Shown: positions 1 through 11,931 of the stretch, one piece after another
Layout of the letters: each line of letters opens with the position of its first letter
Position numbering within the stretch: the first letter of the stretch is position 1
Assembly: GCA_021613535.1 (NCBI GenBank)
Contig: CP075496.1
Coordinates: forward strand, 6,510,001 to 6,574,000
DNA from: Adineta vaga
Lineage: Eukaryota; Animalia; Rotifera
Reading direction: 5' to 3'
DNA: 64,000 nt
Program-made: the position numbers and the translations under genes
Notes under the pieces: generated by a model
Seen by the model: only the letters and a program-made list of their open reading frames with translations
Database searches by the model: none
Told to the model about the DNA's origin: nothing

Positions 1-56
1 GTCGTAATGGCAAATGCATAAGTTCTTGTTTTAATATCATCACACAAAATAAACAT
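1..56 (-). CDS. Possible first coding segment of a gene running off the left edge
   Basis: Minus strand: pyrimidine-rich acceptor (...attctgacag), then ATG at 56 opening MFILCDDIKTRTYAFAITT..., open to the window edge. Too short to identify. Confidence 0.3.
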   Translation of the reverse strand, partial: MFILCDDIKTRTYAFAIT

Positions 57-2542
57 TGAGACGACTATCCTGTCAGAATAGGAATAAAAAGAAAAGAAAA
101 TAGATTTCTTCTAACTTCCTTCGATTTGCTTGTTATGAACTATAAAAATGAAGTTTCAATCATAAAAATTTGCCTTCGTGTATGATAGTATTTAGACAAG
201 TGATTGACTCTACTTTGGAACGATTGTATCAAAAAATAATTTAATGAAATACTGAAAATACGGCATCTATTGAATGTAAATATATCAATCGTTTGCAATC
301 AAAACGGACTAATGTTTGCAATCGATGGAAAAATCTATTGTTTTTCTGTATCTTTGTAAAAAGTAACAAAAATTTTGTTGAATAAATCTAAGAAAAAGTA
401 AAATACACTATGAGAAATGGAGATCATCGATGATGCAATACATGTGATAAAGAAAATTCGAAATAATTCTACATATAGAGTTTAACATAGATAAATGGAT
501 AAAACTGATAGTAGAAAGTCATGGATTAGAAAGTATTCATTTACTTTTTCCGTTTATTTAATTTTTCACATGAGAGATTGATCAATCAGCTGACCATTCG
601 ATTTTCTATTACGAAAAGACAATAGAATTGGAGAGAATCTATATAAGTAAATGAACAAGTGCTTTTGACAAGAATGATTAGTGATAATGGACGCGTTAAC
701 ATATTTTTCTTTTTGTCCAAAAGAAAACAGAATATGTAGAATGTACATAATCAATCAATGAATTCAATTAATTGTGTCTATTCATCCGATGTTGTACTTG
801 CCATTACTAATTAGACTTTTTCTACAGAAAATATGTGTTGAGAGATCGACTCTATAGAATGCCTTGGTCTGAAACACGATCGAGATGACACCACCACTTT
901 ATGTCTCATTTACTTTTTCTTAGCGCAAACAAACAAGGCACATTGCATTATTCTTAGCTTCTTTACCAGTCAAATAAGCAAACAAAACGAACATCTATCT
1001 GAAGCAAAGATGGCAATCAAGCAAAAGATCTGACAACTATCCTCCTATAGACAATTGATTTTTTAAGATAGATCACATACGAATAGATATAGATTTTTAT
1101 AGTTTAAGAAAGAAAGGCAAAGAATGTGAATGACCTTAGATGAAAAGTTATTATTAAGAAGAAGAAGAAGAATAGGAAGGTTCTTTTCCCATCAAGTCAA
1201 TTTAGTGAATAATGTTTATATCAAACTATTAATGAACGTTCACAAAGATAAAATGCATTATTAGATTCAACATTATGTATGCGAATATAGATTCATATAA
1301 CATAAAAGAAAATGATTGACTATTAACAGATAATGAAGCGAAAGAATAAAGAAATAGTACTATTATGACAATAGTAATGCTATTAAGATTGCCTCCTAAA
1401 TAAGATCGATTCATTTAACAAACTAATTTTGTTGTTACTTACATTGTTTAATGAATGATGATTGATATAGAAAGGAATGCTTTACTCGATATATTCTTTT
1501 TGCGATAGTTTTATCGACGTTTCTTATCCTCAACTTTATTACTTTGATAGATTACAATGTCCTTCATTTTGCTTGAATCTCAAAGGCAAAGAATGCACAT
1601 ATCCATCTTATAATCCATTGAGATCTAAGAAACATTCTTTTGTCAAAGTGTACATCTCATTATTCATTCGTATGATGATAAGTAAATATAATTTACTAAT
1701 GCTTTACCGTTCATTTATTGGAACTTGACTATGTAATGGTAATAGAAGTACGCGACTTAATCGTCGCACAACTGCATATCGACTTGCACTCATCTTGGTT
1801 GATTTTGAATCATTCACTAAACTGGTTCTTTGCCAACGAGAAAAAGAGTACAAATGATTATATAAATAAAATCGTTCGATTCCTTCCTCTCGTATCTCTC
1901 ATCTCCATTTTCTTCTTTCTCTGCTTCTTTTTCTTCTTTTACCAATGATGAGAGAAAGATTTTCTTCGAAATACTTACGTTAATGATGTTTTTTTGTCTT
2001 TTGTTTTTCTTCCTATAGATTATACGAGCCTAGCACTCTCCATGCTCGTCATCAAGCAATGATCAATTAATATCCTTGGTCATATGTGTCAATGAAGATA
2101 TGTAGAGAGAATTATTATTTATGCAACATTAAAACATATGATTATGTCGATAGAACTGCGAGATTCAAAGACATTGACTTGTTTCCGCAACACAGCAGTC
2201 ATATTTAACTATTGGATTATTACAGCTCAGTGTCTTTTTTTATTGAAAAATGATGGAAAACGACTACATTCTTAATATTCATAAGAAGAGAAAAAGGATC
2301 CAGTAGTCGTTTGATTTCTTCTGTTTTGTTTGACATGCATGAAACATTATCTTTCGAATACATGTACAGAATGAAATTTTTTCATAAGATGAAAAACCGG
2401 AGACGAAAAGACAAGCGAGAGAATTATTATTACAAAAAAAAAATAAAGAAATAAATATTCATGAAAGACTTTGTTATAAATTTGTATTTATATATATGGA
2501 TTTAGAAAATGACTAAGTTTTAAAAAGAAAAAGAAAACATTT

Positions 2543-5500
2543 TTATGTAATTCGATCATTTTCTTGTGAAATATTTGTCGGTGTATTACTTCGATTGGAT
2601 GAAGTAAGACTACTAAAAAGAAAAAAAAAGATAATCATTGTTTCGTTTAGATTCAAGGATAAAATTATATCAATGTTGTTTTCTTAAGATGTAAGAAGAA
2701 ACTCCTATAAGCTTGATGCCAAGTCTTGATCTATGTCATTAGTTAGAGTAGTATTACAAAGTCTGTATGATAAACAAAGAATTGGACGGTTACTAATGCT
2801 AGACGATTCAGTGTTTGTTTGATCAAACTCTTATGGAAATAAAGAAAGAATCAGATATGACGAGGACAACTGGTTTTCTGTCTATATGGAGAATGAAGGA
2901 CATTAATCAACTAGTAAATTTCTATCGAAATTACGTTTGAATCAAGACATCGTATCAATTATAATTTACAGTATAGAAAATTGCTCAATAGAGTTGAGTT
3001 TTTCTTGTTCAAGGCTAGAGAAATTTCTATCTATTCATTGACTTTGACGGTAAAAAAAGAAAATGAGTTATCGAACCTTGACTAGACATTTAGATTCCAT
3101 TGTTTTGTCTCGATTTGAGGAGAACATCAGCCACCATGTCCAGAAATCATGCATGGCCTGATTTCTCATGACATTAATCGATCTTAATATGTCATATTAA
3201 GGAAAATTTACTCGAGAAAAGAATTCAAAAGGTCTTCTTCTATTAATTATAAATACTTCTATATGATCAACGTTTCTTCTTAATCGACTACATTTTACAA
3301 ATAACTCATTTAGTTTATGGCCTCTTCTTCTAATTGAACACATAGTCTTTTCAATGATCAATTCATATATAAAGTATTTTAACACTTTTTATAACGTTCA
3401 AAATATCGAACGGATCTATTTTCAAGGGAAATCTATCTCTAAATGAAAATGAGAATACAAAAAAAGACGATTCAACTGCCACTATCCTGATTATCTTTAT
3501 CAGTATCAAAGCTAATTACCTTCTAGTTTTATTTCTTTGACATTTTGGACAATGAAATTTTTTATATTCTCGACATTGATAATGAAAACATGATTGACAT
3601 ACTAAAATCGACGAGAGATTTTTCATATTATTTTTCAAAGAAATTCATATTTTACCTTGACAAACACTAGTTGTTTCTATATCAAATGGAAAAATAATGT
3701 CTTTTTCATTCATACATATTTCACATATAAATCCTTTCGCATGACACAATGCACATGTCATAACATGTTCACGTAAATTGACTACTATGGGTTCTAGCAC
3801 CTTAATTAAATCACCTGATTTAGTCTGTAGAAAAAATATACAAAGCTATATCGAAATATTTCGATTTTATATGGAGTTTACTTTAAATAAATCTTGAATT
3901 GAATACATTTGTGGATCAGAATAAATATATGTCGATAATTTTTGAAAAATTTGTTGAGAACTAATGAGAAACAAATGATGATGATGATTGGTTTGAAAAT
4001 GTACTTTACCCTTTTTCTTTGGCAAAACGGCATGTTAGAATATAATGACGAAGATAAAATAATGACCAACGTAGTTCACCTACTAATCTTAATTGTTTAC
4101 TTTTTTCAAATAATTTTACATTAAGATCATGAATATTAAATGATGGTTCACTACAAATACGATTTAAATAATCAAAAGCGAAATTTGATACACTATGTTT
4201 ATTGGAAAAATCCCATCGAGTTATGATATACGATGGTAGAAATGAACGTTTATCTGAATGACAACTACGACAAAAGTATTTCCCTATGAGAGAGAGAGAT
4301 AGAATATCTTGATTTATATTTGGAAAGAAAGAAGTCAGTTTACCAGTGTATTCACAATAACGATAACGATGAGCATAACCTTTCTCAACATGACGACCAC
4401 AACCAGCACATAGATAACTTTGTTTTTTTAATTGAATTTCACGACTAAGAAGAAAAGATTTATAGATAAGATCTAATTTTCCTTTGAAAGAGAATCTACA
4501 AGTCATACTTTGCAGGTTGATGAATGTGAAAGATCAATTGTTCGCGAGGTGGTGCCCATTGACTATTACCACGGCATAAAATCTTTAATATACGAAGTTT
4601 TAATCACTATAGACAATGAAATCTTTGATTTTACCCTTTGACCATCTTCGTTTGAAAGATAATCTTCACTAGGATCAACTGATATACCATCAGGCAAAGG
4701 TAATAACTTCAAATAAAAAAAACATATTTCAATTCAATAAAAAAACATAGCTCAAATAAGAATATTTACTTGTTGTGGTAAATCTTCATCATGTGGAATC
4801 ATCCAAAAGAGTTCAGGTGCAGTTGGAACTTTATAATTTTTCCATGTTTCCATTAATGATAAAGCTAAATAGTATACAAATACAAATAATTCAGAAAAGA
4901 AATAACATGTTTAGACAAGTACCAATGGATTCTGCAGAAGATTCTTGCAAACTAAAAGTAGATAAATTGAATTAAAGAATATTATCAATAGTTCTATTAC
5001 TTTAAACTTAAGAGAGAACTACGAACAGACCAATCGAAATTGTTCGGTGCTTCAGCTACAATGATCAATGTAGTTAAGGTGGATTTTTTGAAAAGAAGAA
5101 AACGATCACTAACTTGACTCTGTTATTTCCGGATTTTGATCGTGCTGCGATATTTCCATTGTAGAATTCTGAAAATTCATTCACATACACAATAAATTCA
5201 GACAGAACACTATTTTACTTTAGATTCATTATTTGTTAATAATTTTGAATTACAAGGAATATGGCGTTGTGTTGGTGGTGATGAACTACTATTTGACGAA
5301 GACGCATGTGTAGTTTCACACGGTGAACATAAACTAGTCATCGATGATGAAGACCATGATTGACCAAAAACTTTATTACATTGCTGAGTAAATTTCATTT
5401 GTTCAATAGCGGATATAATCGCTTCACTGAAGTAAAAATGAGCATTTTCCTGAAAGAGAAAAGATTTTTCTCTTCTCTGGAAGAATCATTAAAAAAAAGT

Positions 5501-8500
5501 TTACTTTTTCGACATCTGTCCGAGTTTTTAAATCACATTCGCGTATGTAATTATCCAATGTTTGGCCTTTTCGAGGCCACAGCAACGAGGAATGTGGAAG
5601 ACGAGAAGCTATAAAAAGAGAGTACTTTAATTATGTTATTCGAGACGAAAAAAAATGGATAAAATCAGGATTAAATTTTGTACTTATAAAATAATCAGAG
5701 TTCCATGACAAACGATATGCAGCTGTATGTTTTAAATTAATAAGTATGGATAGCGTAGGTGTGAAGAAAAACGAGAACATTTCATTTAGATAAACCGTCA
5801 TTCAATATAATAGAGTCATTTTTATTAGAATTCATGATATAGCTGTAAATGTCCTTCACTTTATATCCTTGAGTTTTACTAGCTTTCCATAAGGAAAAAG
5901 CACTATCCACTCCTTTACAAATTTTAAATTATTAAATCATGAACAGATTGAGTATTATAATAACTTTGTCATGTTGTCAATTATAATCTGTTAAATATAT
6001 TTCCGTTAGAACAAAGTGCGTAGGAAATTCATTCATAAACATACTTTTTCTCTTCAAACACTCCTACGAACTTTTACAATGTTTATAATTGAATTCATTA
6101 TACACTAGTTAATTGCACCTTAAATAAACGACCGAGTTAATTTAAAAGGTTTTCTTTTGTGTTTTAAGCAATGATTTTGTTCAGAAAAATTCCGGTAGTA
6201 ATGTGTGTATATTGTGAATATTTGTATTAATCTTTGTCTTTCTAGTATTATACTACGATAGGATCAAATAGTTTGTATTTCCTAGTAATATTGACCATTC
6301 TTTCTCCTTAAATAACCGATTGAAAGATAAATCTGAGATTTTATAATTTTGTTGGAAATATGCGAATTTCAGTACCAATTTTTTTATAAAAGAGCTTATA
6401 TGTGACTTTCTATTCATTAGTAAAATGTCTTTCTGTAAGTAATTTTTGTTAATATCGTAGAAATGAATCAAAACTTCCGTCAGAACCCTAGAGACATCCA
6501 CTTGAATCGATAATATGTTTCAGTATATTTATAAAAAGTTTTTCCAATAATGAATTCAGGTGTACTTCTACTTCTGACATTCTAGGAAAAAAATTCAATT
6601 ACATAAAGTGTGTTCTATTAAATCTAATGAAGCATTTCTTCTCTTCCTTTTTAACGTTCTTCTTTCAGTAATAGTAGTAGTAGTAGTAGTAGGAGAGTAT
6701 TTTCTCTGGCAGAATGTAAGTAACATATTACACCTCATATTCATATAGCTTTTCTTAACAATGAATTAGTATAAACTTGAAAGATAAAGAACTATCTCCT
6801 AAAGATTACCTCGTATTGGACTATCATTTGTAGTAAATGTTGTAAAACTTTGATCCATTGGTGAGGTTGAATTAGTAGATAATGCTGTTTCTTCATTGTT
6901 AATTACAGATGATGATGATTGATTGTTCTGATCTTTTTCATCAATCAATGTTATTTCACTTGATATTGATTGACGATTAGTTCGAAGATTTGTTGCTTGT
7001 CCTAAAGTTAAGCGTGTTTGTTTATTTTGATCGCATATATCTCCACGAGAATCGTAACTTGATCCATATGAACCGCACTCATCCGATTGAAAATAGGATA
7101 TGCTTGGAATGTTTTTATTCTCATCATGCATAGGAATAGATGGTGGGGGCGGTGAAGTGACACGTAAACGATTTAAATTAAGAGAATCTTTAGGAAGAGA
7201 AAATATGGGATCACTATGAATACGACGATGAAGAATACGTTGTTGAGCAAGAGGATCTAGAAAAAAAAACATGAGAAATTCTCTTTGAAATCGAATATTG
7301 TTGCTTCTTACGGAGTTTTTGTCGACTATCATCTTTAGTTGTATCGTTTGAGACTATAATCGGTGAGAAGATTTTTGAAGGTGGTGATGGAAGATTATTT
7401 GAAGGACTTGTTAGATCATTGATTATTACGATTGGATTGTATCCCGTAATAGACTAGAAACACATAAAGTACTTAGATGTGAAAAGAGTGTATCCTTTTT
7501 TCTCTTCTTATTTTACCAATTTAGGATCAATATCAATAAGTAATGACGGATCACTGTGTTCAACAGCTCGTATACATAGAAGAAATGCTTGATAAAATAC
7601 GGATGTACGCATAAAAGCATAACCTTAAAAAAAAAGAACATCTTGTGTTTTAATATTTTCCCAGAAAAAAAAAAACTTTTTCCAATGAATATCCGACGGC
7701 AAGCATACTCGATTGAAATTAGTTGTTATTTCATTAAATTCAATCGTTATAAACTTGAGTAGTATTTATTCCTGATCATATCCGATTAGAATCATTACAG
7801 TCACAACGCCTACACATATTCTTTTATTTTCCTTTGCATTCAACATCCGGTAGTTGACTCTATTCTTTTCTTTTGTCTTCTAATTCTAATCTGTCATAGC
7901 TATTCAATCATCCGTATTACTATAATTTTCTCCATTCACCAGTTGAAACTTCATAGCTGGCCTTGGTGCCAATCATTGTATAATTAATTTTGTTTTCTAC
8001 GTGATTAGAAGACGGAGAGAAGAATGTTAAAGTATTGAAATAGTCTGTTTGTCTTCTTTTTCTTTTTATTCTTATGTTCGAGGAAAAATGATATACATAA
8101 AGATATTATTTGTCTCGATTGCTAACAAATGATTTCCTCTTTCTGTCATGATTTTCTCCTGATATTTTAGAATTTTTCTAGAAAGAAAGACACTTTTTCA
8201 TTTTGTCCTACTAATTACAAAAATTATGGCACTTTGTTCACCATTATAATACTATGTAAGTATACATACATTCATCTTTGTTCATTCCATGGAAAGAATT
8301 ACAAAACAAGTCTTTTATTTTAATGAGTAGTTCATAATAAAGATTAAAAGCTTCATCGAAATTTATATAACTTCATCTATTCATACAAATTTTTCCTTTA
8401 TCTCACCTTTGCATGTCATGGTGGGTGTTAAATTTCTCTCTTTTGTCAATTCACAATTGATTCTCAAAGGAAAACTAAAATCAGTTGAAAACTTGTTCGT

Positions 8501-11085
8501 ATTTAATTAGTCAATACTTCATATCTATCATCTATTATTTCTATTCTTTTTCTATTTATCTATCTATTTCATTCTATATCTTTTTTTTTCTCTCCATTTT
8601 GTTAGTATAGAATAAAGAAACACAGAACGACAATACAATATAGTGTAATAACTATCAAGAACAAAGAAGAAGAAGAAGAGTTGTTCAGTATCAATCAATG
8701 CTCTTCTTCTTCCATTCAACGATTAACCAAACTTCTTCGTCGCCTAATCGCGTCGCATCTCTCCTATTATTTGTTGTACTTGTCTGCTGTATATTACCAT
8801 CTAATATATCCAATGCTTATCCTCTATCTTCGTCTTTATTAGCAAGTTTTAACAATGACAACGGGATTACGAATATTATTCATCGACGACAGTTAATATT
8901 CGATAGACAATTTTCGAATGATCAATACATTGATCGAAATAAACGTGGTACTGGCTTCTATATTGTACGTCAAGGAGATTATATTGTTCTCATTCCCGAT
9001 TCAAATCATCATTTTACAAAAAATATACGTCATTATATCGGTCGTCGACGTTAGATGAATTTATATCTATTTCATTTTTCGATAGTTATCATCTGAAAAA
9101 ATTGTTTATTCCAAACAGCAGAAAATAAAATAAAAAAAGAACACTTTAAAAATAAACACTAAAACACTTACTATAATAATAGTTTGGAAGTAAATCATTA
9201 TCATTAATAGCACAAGATAATTGTTGAGATAAACATTGACTAATCACTGATTGATCAATCCATTGTTCGACTGATAAGCGAATATTTTCTTTAGAATAGA
9301 TATCTTGCAGTAAGCGAATATAACGTTGAGAATTAGCATTCAAACGAACAATTAATTGCCATAATTGTTCATATATATCTCCGGTATTCTATAAAACAAA
9401 ACGATTCGTAAGAATTTTCTATAGTTTTCATTTCTAGTACTCATTTCATATTTAAGAATTAATCATTATTTTCGATATTAATACGGAAACATCTAATCTC
9501 TACCTGAATTTTTATATATTAATTAAAAAGAATAACAAATGACAATGAGCTTTATATAGTCTAATACAAAAACTACGAGTAATCATATTGCATCATTTAA
9601 ATACAATATTAGCAGACATCTAGTTTATATTTCTATATGCACTGCATCGAGTAGTAGAAATTCGAACAATGAACTAGTCGATCGTGTCAGATTTTAGACG
9701 TAGGTGTATGAGAATGTTTTCAATTAAATTAACAATTTTTTCGTATCTCTTCACACTCATAATCAATGATAAACAGAAATTAGTTAAATATAGAATTAAT
9801 ATAAAAATTACATAGACACACATTGAAAGATCTATCAAAAAATAGATCATATAATGAGATCATCAAACAATTCATGCGAAGCACTTAGAAGTTTTTATGT
9901 AGGATTACTTGACGTAATAGAAAGAGAGAAACAAAAAAATAGTTACAGTGAAATCCCCATAGAATTCGTTATAAAATACTATCTACTGTCAATGAAAGTT
10001 TCATGATGAAAAAAAGATGTGAACTGTGATCTGTCACGATTGGTATAGGGCGGGAGTGACAAAACAGTTTTCTTTCATGTCTTTTCCGTGTTCAATTGTT
10101 GAATGAATGCCAGAAGCTATCCACTCAACTAGTACATTGAAGTTGCAATGAAGAATGTCATTAACTATGAAGATTATACAAGAAAAATTAATTGAAATGT
10201 TCAATTGACTTGACACTTTTGGAAGTTTATTCTAAACAAAATGTCAATCACATAAGCACTTTTTCTATCTACATATGTCTTAGAAATTACCATTGACTTA
10301 CTTATTTTCAGTAACAGAAAGAGATTATGAATCAATCTATTTCTAAACATGAATTTTCTTCTCATTATATATTGTCACTAATTTACTTTTCAAATCCAGC
10401 ATGATCTTTACGTAATTTTCACTATTTAAGAAATGTCTACTATTATAAAACTGTCCTAAACATGAACAGATGTTTTGAATAAGAATAACCTTAACTTATC
10501 ATTCCATATTAGACTGTCTATGAAATGAATTTATGCCTATCCATCTTTACTTGATAGAATTAATTAATACATAATGAAAAAGAAGCGATGTTTAATCCTT
10601 TTATAATTACTGAAGATAATTGATAGATATTTGTTAATACTTTAAGATAGACTGAAATTTTACTTCATATTACATTAGTCATATCGATAATGAAAATTTT
10701 CATATAATCAATATCTCGATTCCAGTACCTTAAGCTTCTTTTAAGCTTTAATTAGTATTTTTTATCAGAAAATAAAAACTTAACCGACAAATAAAATTCT
10801 TTCTAAGTACTTCTTCAACTCTTATTTCATGTTTAATCGATTAGTAAGAAATTTCAACAAATGATATACCTCTTTAAGACCATGTGATAGAATTGCTAGA
10901 ATAGCCAATCGAAGTCGTTCAATAGCGCCATATTTTGTTGTTAACGAATCACCTCGAAATTGAATCAATAATTCAACTGTTGATTTGATATTTGATAGAA
11001 GATTATTCACAGATGGAAGTCTAAATAATTGAATATTTAATTAATAACATCAAATTGATATTAAACAAACTTACGATGTATTCAT
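2543..11085 (-). CDS. RUBCN: Rubicon (RUN domain plus C-terminal Cys-rich Rubicon-homology domain), multi-exon
   Basis: Spliced exons give RUN-like LLSNIKSTVELLIQFRGDSLTTKYGAIERL..ILSHGLK and YAFMRTSVFYQAFLLCIRAVEHSDPSLLIDIDPKL, the Rubicon motif ENAHFYFSEAIISAIEQMK (~5400-5448), and RH domain QSYLCAGCG..RYCEYTGKYFCRSCH..WDF..VSNFA. ATG at 11085; probable last exon 2612-2543. Confidence 0.9.
8698..9054 (+). CDS. Secreted neuropeptide/peptide-hormone precursor nested antisense in a Rubicon intron
   Basis: 118-aa intronless ORF with hydrophobic signal segment (SLLLFVVLVCCIL...SNA), dibasic RR and KR sites and terminal G-RRR-stop amidation signal. AATAAA at ~9124. Confidence 0.8.
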   Translation: MLFFFHSTINQTSSSPNRVASLLLFVVLVCCILPSNISNAYPLSSSLLASFNNDNGITNIIHRRQLIFDRQFSNDQYIDRNKRGTGFYIVRQGDYIVLIPDSNHHFTKNIRHYIGRRR

Positions 11086-11931
11086 TCTTTAAAAAAACCA
11101 TAAAAATTCGAAAATTGTTTCTAAATCATATTGATAAATTTTATTCAATCTAAAGAAGGAAAAGATAAGTCCATGAATTAGTTCATACTATTTCGATTTA
11201 TATCGAAAGCAAACAAAGATATATGAAGATGATATTCTAAGTAAGAAAAACACAAAGATCATATCTGGATACGATCAATAAAGAAAATATCATCTCCTTC
11301 GTTTTCCAAAGTTAATTGTTGTAAATAAAGAATCGTTTATGAATTGATTGGAACATTTGTTTCTATATTTTATTGCAAAACTAAACTGAACTTGACAAGA
11401 TAAATAATCTATATGTATTTAAAACTTTTAAGAAAATATCTGGAATAGAAAAATGTCGTGTTTTTTTTCAGTAAAACATCAACTTTGTCGTACAATTTCT
11501 TTCAATATCATCTATATTTATCGTTTAATAAAGAGTTTCATATTTTTTTCCAATACAATTTTTAATTTATTCCAAAATTTTCCTTTTATTTTATTCTTCA
11601 ATAAAAACAATCTGTTTAGATTATTTTCCTCGGAAATTTTCAATTAGTCGAAAGTAGAAAAATAAACATCATGTGTGTCGATCCATGTTTTACCCATCCT
11701 ATTTTTCTTTCCTCCAATCTGTTTGGAGAGGAGCACGAGCAAACATGTTTGTCTGTCAAAATATAAACTTACATTTATTTTCATGATCTACATGAAATGA
11801 TTACAATTCTATTTATTGTTGGATTTTTCTTTATAGATGTAAAAAGAACTTTCTGAATAGTTCCCAAAATCCTCCTTTTCTTCTCTTCTTCCATCCGTCC
11901 CTATTTTTTGATTATTATCATCATCCACAAA

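Noticed and set aside
566-1948. Short ORFs in the first 2 kb
   Set aside because: Phe/Ile/Leu-biased chance ORFs of AT-rich DNA with no motifs or exon structure.
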